From assembly GCA_028534125.1 (NCBI GenBank), contig CM052816.1:56236001-56300000 (forward strand): 64,000 nucleotides of DNA, given 5' to 3'. The position numbers were made by a program, and so were the translations under genes. Under the pieces are notes generated by a model. The model was not told the origin of the DNA. It ran no database searches and worked only from the letters and a program-made list of their open reading frames with translations. The DNA comes from Lama glama (taxonomy: Eukaryota). Below are positions 1 to 9,648 of the stretch, piece after piece (positions within the stretch are counted from its first letter, which is position 1; each line of letters begins with the position of its first letter).

Positions 1-589
1 TGATTCTGAGAGATATGAGTGAGCTTTTGACCCAGTGCCCTCTACAAGATCTTTAGGGCAGTGGGAGGCAGGGGCCTGTATTCCACGTTCACTCTGTTTT
101 GGCCTGTTGCCTTCTAAATACGACTAGCTGCCTTTTTTTTTTTTTAATGTGATTCCTTAAATACACCTCCCATTCAGCAGCTTAGTTTTTAAGGTGATGG
201 AGAGTAAAGAATTGTTTCTCCATCATCAAATGAAGAACGAAGGTCGCAGAACAAAGCCAAGACAGTGTCAGTAGGAGGTGGAAGGAAGCCAAGGTAGTTC
301 CCATGAATTTGAGCTTTTACTGCACAAGCTGTCAACTTCCTGCCTTTGAGACAAGCAGAGCCTCAGATAAACCCTCCAAAAGAGTATGTGAATTCATTCA
401 AGACAGGAAGCGCTCCTTAACCCAGTACTATTGGGCAGCTCGTGGAAATAGCAACTTTGCTAAAAATTCAAGTCACTTTCATTTAGGAGCCTTTCTAGGA
501 AGTAGCTATGGAGCTGCAGGAATATCATTCTCCTTAAACAGCTTAAGACAGAATCATAAAAGGAGACATCATACAGCACTTACCACTAG

Positions 590-790
590 CCAGGCGCTGG
601 TCTACGTGCTTTATATATGCTAATTTACTAAAGAGCCAGTGCATCCTCGGAGCCAGGTTATTATCTGATATAGCCAACTGGGAAGCTAAGGCACGCAGAC
701 ATTATAATATTTGCCCCCCTCAAAGACTTAGCCAGGAAATGTCAAAGCAGGAATTTCAGCTGGGGTCTATCTCTGCCCTTAACCACCTAA
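590..790 (-). mobile_element. MIR SINE (degenerate)
   Basis: CCAGGCGCTGGTCTACGTGCTTT...GAAGCTAAGGCAC...TTTGCCC...CTTAACCAC. Confidence 0.5.
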
Positions 791-1697
791 CCACTAAAAA
801 TAAAATACTAGGTGGATACAGAAAGACTAGAATCTAAATGCAAAGTGTTATTATCTCTAACTGGTGGGTTTATGGTTAGTTTTTTCTTTTACTTTTCTGT
901 CCCCGCCCCCCCCAACTTTCTACCATGCATGGCTTTTGTAATCAGAGAGAAAATAATAAATGTGGCTTTAAAAGCCTGACCCTAAAATCTATATAACCTG
1001 CCACAGGCTGCGAAGATCACTGCTTTGAAGATCCCTGGAGTAGAAATGACTGAAGCAGACTAAAATGGCTTGATTTACTAATTCGAGGAAGGCCAAGGAA
1101 AAGTGCCTCAAATGTGTCCCGCTGCCGTCACATTTGCCAAGAAACTATCTGCCACTTGCAATGTCACCTGGGGTTGTGGAAAGTGACAGGATCACAAAGG
1201 AAGAATGAATTCCCAGTTCTAATCACCCAGAATAGAGGAGTTCAGCCCGACGCTGGTGCCCAGCACTCAAAGGACACAAATACATTTTTACACACAACTT
1301 TCCACTAAATGGCATTATCCAGAAGTCCACTGTACTTGTATGTACCAGTCAGGAGCAGTTGGAAATTGGAAATTAAAAAGTCACACTATAATCCAATTCA
1401 ATTCACAAAATACATGTACAGTGGTAATACATACAACGGATTTAGGAAGCAACTGAAATTTAAAAATATGACCATGCCAATTTGGACACAATTTTAAGAA
1501 CAGCCTCAAAGTTTCTCGTAACATACTTCAAACATACACAGTTACAAAGACATAAAACGCAGAAGGTAGCAAACCAAAATCTGGACAACTGAGTATCAGT
1601 TTAGACCTCTTGTTTGTGCTCAGAGAGACAAAAAACTGACCTAGACAACGCCGATGACTTCTTGTATTGATTATCTTTTTCCTTATCCTTGTATTTT

Positions 1698-1806
1698 CAT
1701 TTTTTAATAATTTACTTCAAAAAACTTCAGGGAGGTACTGGGGGTTGAACCCAGGACACCACGCATGCTAAGCACACGCTCTACCACTGAGCTATACCCT
1801 CCCCAC
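1698..1806 (-). mobile_element. tRNA-Ala-derived SINE (camelid Vic-1-like)
   Basis: Reverse complement reads GGGGAGGGTATAGCTCAGTGGTAGAGCG...CTTAGCATG...GGTTCAACCCCCAGTACCTCC plus an A-rich tail; TSD CCTTGTATTTT at 1687-1697 and 1807-1817. Confidence 0.85.
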
Positions 1807-4800
1807 CCTTGTATTTTTAATAAATAGCCAGCTTAAAAAAATTCTCCCCTTTTTGAAAGAGGATTGCTGGGAGGAACTGAGGCCTCATTTTCCTCAGTTT
1901 TTATCTCTGGGTTAGGGTGAAGTGTTGAAGTGGGCACTGGATTAAGTGCCTGAGAATCTCCTTCAAGAATTAAGGACTGCTCTCCTGGCCCCCGGGGGTG
2001 CTGGCAGCAGCAGGCCCTCCTCAGAATGGAGTCTGTGGAACATGACCATGGCCATGGCCCCTTTCCCGGGAGTGGGCATTTGGCAACGGGTAATGCAGCC
2101 ATCTAAAGCCTGGCCTTCTGGCCTTACCTGAGGACAACTCTGCAGGGTCATTTTCACTCTTGAGCTCCGCCTGGGGTAGACTGAGGCCTTGACTGAGATG
2201 CGTCCCAGCTGGACTTCTCCCTTGCCCTTCTGGCTTCCCTCTCTTTCCTTCCACAGGTGTTGATCCCAAGATGTAAGGGCGGGGGGAGGGGTGGGGGCTG
2301 TCGATCCTGGCTGGGTGTTCTCTTCCCAGTGGGAACTTGACACCAGGGGAGGAAGAGCACAGGTCTTTGATGGGCGTTGAGCCCTCAGCCACTCGGGCTG
2401 TGCAGGCCACCGCCTTGAGGCCCATCTCACAAATAACACAAGGAGGCAAAGCCATGCCATCTTCCTCACAGAGATCCAGGAAGAGGAGCAAAGAACAAAG
2501 AGGACACGTTTGGAAGACTGGCAGGGAATGTGTCTGAGATTCGGGTGGGGCTTCGGGGGGCCATGGGGGGCAGGATGGCAGCTGCTTGGCTCACTGTTTG
2601 GTCTAATCCCTGGAGCTGTCCTGTCCCTGGTACTATGGTTGCACGGTGTTAATTAAATCATTCTCATTAATTCAGCCCGAGTGTAAATTAGGAAGGAATG
2701 AAGATAAATTAGGTTCGAAGGCAGCTAATGCATTTAACCCCATGCTGCTTATTTTGCAGCCTAACAAAATAATGTTGTTAAGGGAGATAACGAGGCCAAA
2801 GCCTTGGGCACAGCTTCTTAATAACATTAAAAACAAGACCTCGGTTTGGTGTCACAAGTTAGAGGCGAAGACCAGCGCCCAGGGGACTGACCCAGCATCT
2901 TGAGGGAGGCAGTGGCCGATGTACAACACGATGTCTGCAGTATTTCCTGAGATGCTTGTGACTCCTATCTACAGTATCTATCTGGACACAAGTCTGTCTG
3001 GAGAGTTCCTCCTGTACAGATGCAAGACTTACCTTTTCTTCGCTGTAAATGAAGTGATAAGAATTACCTTTAGGATTGGCTAAGAGATGCGGGAGGAGTA
3101 ACAGTCTGAGCTGCTAAATACGCTGACTCACGAATCCCTTTCAGCTGTGAAATAAACAGTAGACACTGCCCATGGGCCTGAAAACGTTTCATATATGGGC
3201 TCAAGCAAACCGGTGTATGGCTTGTCTGAGGTCATCAGCAGCACACACGTTTGCCCTAGAAAAGCAAATGTCATTCCTGTCTCTCAGCAGGAATGTCTTC
3301 CAGTTTTTATAACCCAGATGATAAGCAATTTCTTTTCCCTGCCTCCAAGTTGCTTACCTCCCTGAGGGAGATGAAACACATGTGTATGTTCACTGGACGC
3401 TTTCAAGATTTTCTAGTCTATAACTTTTTTCCTTTCTCTTTTCTTGAAGCTTAGAAAGGTGGCAACATTGTGTAGAACAGACACAGAAACGTGGCCAGAG
3501 AAGTTCACTCCTTTCTCAGCGCTGTCTGCTTGGTAAAGCTATTGACAATGACACAGAAACTTTGCTGTCCCCCCTGGTTGAGGACACGCTGCAGTTTCCT
3601 CGTGGTAAAGAGGCAACGGAAACAGATGGCCTGTTCCTAGCTGGGTGACTTCCTGTGGCAAAATCCTCAGCCAATGAAATGAACTGAGGACAAGTTTCAT
3701 TCCTGGGCAGGGTCATCTAGGTACCATTCCAGGTAGATTTGCTCAAGGAACTGAAGGAAGAAGGAAATACTTCTCTCTAATGAGAAAAAGTGTTAATCTC
3801 AGTTTAAACAGAACACTCGCTAGCTCCATCACCCCGTGGAAGACCAGTCTGCTGCTTCAGAACCAGAGCACTTGCTTTTGACCCACAACCCAGACAGACA
3901 AAGCGCTTGGAGGAGGTGTCTTCAAAGGCTGCACCGATCAACGTCCCCCACACCTCGCCACAGGCTAGAGAAACATGTTTTAAAAGACATATGCGCAATA
4001 CCTACAGGTTTCCACCTCCCGGCTTTTCAGCACCTATCTCTGGCGTCTGCAGAGGTTCTGTCCGTCTGGTCTTGGCTGATTTTATCCACGTCTTCAGGAA
4101 CCGGATCAGCTCGCGGCGATCTGCCTCTCTTCACCTCGCAGCTGGCAGAACCCCTGCACGTGGGTCAGACCGGGAACTGATCGGGCCTCTCTGGCTTTGT
4201 GAAGACTGCGTAACAAAATAGGAAACAGCTTTGTAAAGGCTCTCGGTGAAGCTGACGAGTTAATGCTAACAAAGGACTTCAGAGGGCAGTGTGTTTCTTT
4301 GTTTGCAAGGAGCGAAATTTCTCAGCGCGAATACCAGGAGGCTCCGGGGCTAAAGGAAAGTGGAATTAGAATAAAGAACCCACGGAGTCTTGGTTTCGGC
4401 AGTCCCTGGGCGCGCCAGGTGGAACGTCCCCGGCCGGTTTAAACCATTTCTGCGTCTAATATTTGAAAGAAACCTGGGAGGTGGGGGAGTGGGGAGAGAA
4501 AACTCCATCGAATTGGTGTGCCCTGGAGCTGGACAATTCGATTCTCCCTGGGCCTCAGTTTCCTGACTTGTAAAACGAGGGAGCTGGACCGGTAATCTAT
4601 ACAGTTCATTCATTTACTTTATTCCAAGTACCTCATAAAACAAAATAAACAGGCGTTTCAGTTCCCCTTCGAAAGACAAGCCCTTGGTACAAAGATCAAA
4701 AATGGGTTTCACAAATAGTGATCGCCGTGCGAGATTATTTTTCTAACCACCTTTCTTTCTCGTGGCACGCGGCGCTTCAAACGTGTGTGCTGAACCATTT

Positions 4801-4925
4801 CTTTGCTGAACTCCTAACTAACACAACCTAGCGATAAAAGACAGGAAAGGGCCCGGTCTCCGAGGGCGATTGAGGCTTTATCGCAACGGAGAGGAGGCGG
4901 CGTGGCAGCTCCCTGGAGCAGTTCG

Positions 4926-4967
4926 CTTTGAATCAAGCGGCCGCGGCGATTGGCTGCGAAGCACGTG
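4926..4967 (+). promoter_or_regulatory. Compact motif cluster: TCF/LEF site, inverted CCAAT box, E-box
   Basis: CTTTGAA 4926-4932, ATTGG 4949-4953 and CACGTG 4962-4967 at the 5' edge of the CpG island. Confidence 0.5.
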
Positions 4968-5510
4968 GTGCGCGTCCGGCCGGACAGCGCCGGGCTGCTG
5001 TTACCGACGGCGGCGCGGGGCAGAGTCCGGCCGCCGGTGCCGCACCCGCCCGGGGCAGGGAGGGAGAACGCGGGAGAAACGCCTGGAGCTCGAGTCTAGT
5101 CTGTCTAGTTCTCTGCCAGGGAGAAACCCTACAGCCCCTAGAGTGTCCAAACTAGTGTCCAAACTTGCCACTGTCCTCCCTGCGGGTGTCCCACCCAGCG
5201 CGCGGGCTGTGCGTGCCCAGGGCGCGTGCCGCGGACACCCCGCTTGCCCCCCGCCGCCCTTTCATGAGTATCAGGCGGGATTCGGCAGCGCGGAGCGCAC
5301 AGGGTCCCTCAGCTCTGGGGCTATCCAGGCATCGGGCTGGCGAGAGAGGCGCAGACACCCTGACCAGGGAAAACTTGTCTTATTCGCGGTCCCCGAAGGT
5401 TGCAGCTGCTCAGGGCTGAGACTCCACGTCTGCTTTGTCTCTCTCCAGTCGCCGCAGCCCCCTCCCCCGCTTCCTCTCCCGATTAACTCCCCCGACACGC
5501 TCTCCTCTGG

Positions 5511-5583
5511 CTCTTCTTCTCCTCCTCCCTTTCCTCCTCCTCCTCCTCCCTTTCCTCCTCCTCCTCCGCCGCCGCCGCCGCCG
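5511..5583 (+). repeat. (CCT)n/(CCG)n trinucleotide low-complexity tract
   Basis: Interrupted CCT runs (with CCCTTT breaks) followed by CCG repeats. Confidence 0.9.
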
Positions 5584-5680
5584 GCCGCATTCACGCGCTT
5601 CCTCCCTCCCTCCCTCCCCTGGTGTCACTCTTTGCCTACGCGCCCTCTCTCCTCCCCTCCCTCCCCTCCCCGCCGCGCCG

Positions 5681-5716
5681 CTTATAGCCGGGCCCTGGGC
5701 GGCCGGGCGCAGACTG
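5681..5716 (+). promoter_or_regulatory. ENC1: TATA-like box and initiator (predicted TSS ~5711)
   Basis: CTTATAG at 5681-5687 is an isolated AT patch in GC-rich DNA; a C|A initiator-like site lies ~29 nt downstream (gcAGACT). Confidence 0.55.
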
Positions 5717-6118
5717 CTCTGGCAGCCGGAGCGGAGGCGGCGCGGCGGTGGCGCTGCAGCGACCGAGTCCAGACGCCAGGCGGCCGCCGGCGCGCACGGC
5801 GCTTTCCAGCTCCCTCCCCCAAGTGCACAACCCGCCTCCTTCCGCGGCGCCTGCAGCCGCGGGCTGGCTCTCCGCTCCAGAGCGCACTCCGGGAGCCGCT
5901 CCGCGGGTGGCAGTCGCAGAGGCCGCCGCCTGGGGATCGTGAGGCCGCGGCGATCCGCCCGCGGTAACCCGCTCGCGAGCCAGAGTCCCATGCGCGCTCC
6001 TTTCGCCCGAGCAGTCGCAGTTGCTCCCCGGGGCTGAGACGTCCTCTTCGTCGCCTCCCCGCCCGGTGATCGAGGCGAGAACCCAGCCGGTTGTGCGCTG
6101 TGGCCGGTCGCCACTGCT
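5711..6118 (+). other. ENC1: ENC1 exon 1 (non-coding 5'UTR)
   Basis: Ends at donor CT|GTAAGT (6118/6119); start inferred from TATA/Inr spacing. Confidence 0.75.
5990..6037 (+). other. AUG-initiated uORF, 15 aa (MRAPFARAVAVAPRG)
   Basis: The only ATG in predicted exon 1; weak Kozak context (cccATGc); TGA at 6035-6037. Confidence 0.55.
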
Positions 6119-9100
6119 GTAAGTTTCCCCCATCGCCCAGGACCTGTTGCGGGCGCCGCGGGTTTCGGGGGCTGCCTGGCCTGCAGGGATGTGCTCGCGA
6201 GGGGTGTGTGCGCGCCCGGGAGCCCGGAGCTCCGACTTAGGCGGCGGTGGGGAGCTGTTCTCGGGGCTGAGACCCGGTGTCCGCGGCTGCCCGCCTACAG
6301 CTCGCAGAGCAGAGCTCGACCCAATGGGGAGCAAGGAGCAGAGCCTGGGTTCTCTCAATACCCGCTCCGCGGAAAGAGCGCTTTCCGATCGCACGGGACG
6401 GTTGGCTTGCGTTGCGCCCTACCTGGCAAGGGGAGCATTGGGCCACGCGCAGACACTCCTCGTGAGGGCACGTTCACTGCGGCCAGATGTCTGTAGGAAA
6501 TGAATGAAAACTAGTTTCTGAAAAATTAGTTTCTTCTCTTGCAAATATTTGGCCTTTAGTGTTAACGTTATTAGTTTCTAGGGATAGGAATTGGTGGGCG
6601 GGATGGAGATGAACCATTGAACTTGGTCGGCGTGTATTTGGGGTCGCCCTCACAGGCATGGCCAGAGTGTTGAAGAGCGTTGCAAGTATTATAGAGGACT
6701 GAATGGTAAAATGCTTTTCTTGGTAACAGTCTCTTTAGAATGTTGCGTTGTTATTAATAACGTAAATGCCTGAGAAAATCTGCCTGGTTTCACCTTTGCA
6801 TTGAGATCAGGTTCAAAACCCAAAGAAATGTGACTGGACGCTAAGTATTGGAGGCAGAGAGCCTGGTTAAAGGGTATTAAGTGAACTGAAGTTACTGTAA
6901 CTAGAATCCCTTTTGATGTTCACAGTAATAGCAGCCCTTTTCTCTTTCTTTGTAGAGGCAGGTTAAGTAGACGTGTGCATTTTTTGGCCCCTTACTTGGC
7001 ATGCAAGTATTTCTCTGGGGACTTAAAAAATGCAAGAAGGGTGATTCGTTTTTCTGTTGAAGGTGTGTTTAGTGACTGTATACGTGGTTTTTGCGGATGT
7101 TTTCATGTTTGCATAATTTTAATCCAGAAAGCATGTCTTTTCCCTTGGGTCTTCAAATTTACCTTTCATTTTATAGTCAAATATTGCTCCATGATTGTTG
7201 GATTTGGACTGTGACCCACTTCTCTATTTGGATGGTATCCAAGATGACAGGCTAGGGTCTTCCCACTAGCTTTAATGAGCCAATGTGGAAAATACAGGAG
7301 CATAAACACAGAATGTACCGAGATGCAGGTCCTGTATCCCAGGGTCTTGTACATTGTTTTCTTAAGTGTAAGCCTGGCTGTAAATGTGGTTTTGCCACTG
7401 CTCAGGGAAACGTGTTCTGGGCCCTGTAAGTGTGAGTCCAGATCAATGTGCTGGCACTTTGGTACTTATACACCTTGTGCAGGAGCCTCATTCTTTACTC
7501 AGAGCTGCATTCACTCTTAGCTGGAAAGGAGGCAGCTTTTGAGGTTGCTTTGGAAGCATTAGCTTAAAAAAAAAAAAAGCAAAGCTACTCATTTGGAATT
7601 TTTATGAGTTTCAAAATAAGGCATGGGAATATTCATCCCCTCCGAGGTTTGGGCTTAATATCTTCCTGACAGTACTTCAGACTGAATGTGCTAATTCACA
7701 TGATAACTGCAGCGGTAGAGCATCAGGGATGCTAATGCACGTTGTAACACATTGGAAAACCTGGTGCATTCACGTAGGATCCTGTCCGCTGTTCTCCTGA
7801 GCATTAGGCATTGAATAAATGGACCTGACTGGAGAAGCTTTGCTAGAGGTTGGAGTGATGCTTGCCTCCTCACCATTTGTCCCAGCCCAAGTCACCGGGG
7901 AGACTAACGGGGGCTTTGTAAAGTCTTCCTAACACCAGAGTCCAGGGACTTTGTTGTTCACTTTCTTCCACTAAGCTGTGTTTACTCATAATGAAAAGTA
8001 CATGCCCAGAATAAAAGAAAACAAGTTGCAACCCCTAATAGCGTGAGGCCTGTGCCAAAAGGCAAGTTAGGCACCTGCCCCTTGTTTTCTGTGCCTGCTT
8101 CACCTCCGTTGGGCAGGGAAGTGCAGTTGAGTATCCAGCCCGTGAAATCTGTACAAAATCACTCATTTGCATTTGTTAATAACTCCTGTGATATGCATTT
8201 AAAAATAAATACCTGAATGGTTCAAGGAAACAAGGAGGGTTTCAGCTCTGCTGTGAGGACTGGCTGTTCTGTGTTTGGAACAGATGCTGTAACCACACTG
8301 TTTACCCTCCTGGGATAAACAGCTTCCTTAGGTATCCTTTGACAGGCAGCTTCTTGAAGCCTTGATTCCTCTGAAGTAACAGAGGGGTAGGATTAAAAAG
8401 AGAGAAAAAAGGAAAAGCATATGATGGAATTTTTGAAGCTAGGTGATAGGCATGTCCTACACCTGTAGCCTACGGTTTACTTACTGAGCAACGCCAAAGG
8501 TAGCATTCGGGTCTGCTAGCATTTCAATTTAGATACTGAGGAAAGCACTCCAGTCGGCAAATAAATTCTAGAGTGGCCCTAAATTAACAATGGCTGGCAC
8601 CACACACACATACATACATGTGTGTGTTTGTGTATTTTCGGACTTAGATAAAGTGATGTGTGCATTTTGAACTTTCTGTATGCAGGTGCCGGTGTTTGCA
8701 GGTGCACAAGAATGGTCCTGATGATGCGCTCTTTAATCGAAAGAGAGGGGTAGATAGAACCTTTGTTCTACAACTGGTTTCCTAATAATTGATCTACAGC
8801 AGGAAGAAGAGAAAAACAGAACATATGAGTGTACTATTCAAAGTATTCTCCCTTTTATGTGTCCAAATCCTCATTTTGGAAGCTGTCCAGAGCAAGAAAT
8901 GTGGGTGGTGATTTGTGGCCAGAATCTGTTCTGTGTTTCCATGATAGCTTGCTGATCAATATATGGTAATGTTTATATTGCGGCTCTTTTAGGACTCTGC
9001 AGTGGTAGCACTGTCTGGTTAGAAATTATTTGTAATGCTAACTTGAAGTCTGATCTTCAGAAGTTGGCCTGAGCCTGTGATTTTAATGTTACCTTTCCCA

Positions 9101-9648
9101 TTTACTGTATATGCAGGGACACTGGGTCTTACCAAAGGAATTCTTAATGGGATTAATTAGTAGGTATTTATTTTATACGTGGCTTTATGTTGCATAGGGC
9201 ATTAAAGCCTGTGCCCATCCCAGCGTTACGAGAGCTGGAGGCCTGGCATTTCAAGTGGCCTTCAATGAATCAGCTGGACAAGGGCAGGGAGCTGTGAGAC
9301 AGAGACCTCGCTCCTCTTGGCTTTCGCTGACTTACAGTCTCAAGGACTTCAGTATCTTGAAAGTTGGCAATCAGGTTTTCCAAGATGAACCTGCTCTTAA
9401 GCAGTGACTTTTTTTTTTAAACAATGTACAGTTTAAATAGCTCAACAGTATTATAGTAAGTGTCTTTCCTCATAGGTTATTGTCTCTGTATAGGCCTGGC
9501 CATTTGCTATTCAGAACAGCAGGCAGCCGGGCCAGCAGCGAAGTGTTCCACTTTCTCTGTCGAAAGCGATTGTTGCTGTGGTTCCTTTGGTCCGGCTGTT
9601 CTGAACACCCAGAGCATCACGTTCAGTCATTTCTGTTTTGTCTTTCAG

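Larger units (their letters stand above)
4850..6490. promoter_or_regulatory. ENC1: CpG island, ENC1 promoter and exon 1
   Basis: Very high GC and CpG density relative to the flanks; overlaps the predicted first exon. Boundaries are approximate. Confidence 0.9.

Noticed and set aside
1731..1804. Apparent tRNA-Ala(AGC) genes (here and at 12.2, 31.1, 34.2 and 59.5 kb)
   Set aside because: They have stem mismatches, A-rich tails and TSDs, so they are SINE heads rather than functional tRNA genes.
4870..6503. Long overlapping ORFs of 200-365 aa on both strands with poly-Pro/Gly/Arg
   Set aside because: Expected in a stop-poor CpG island containing CCT/CCG repeats; low complexity with no recognisable domain.
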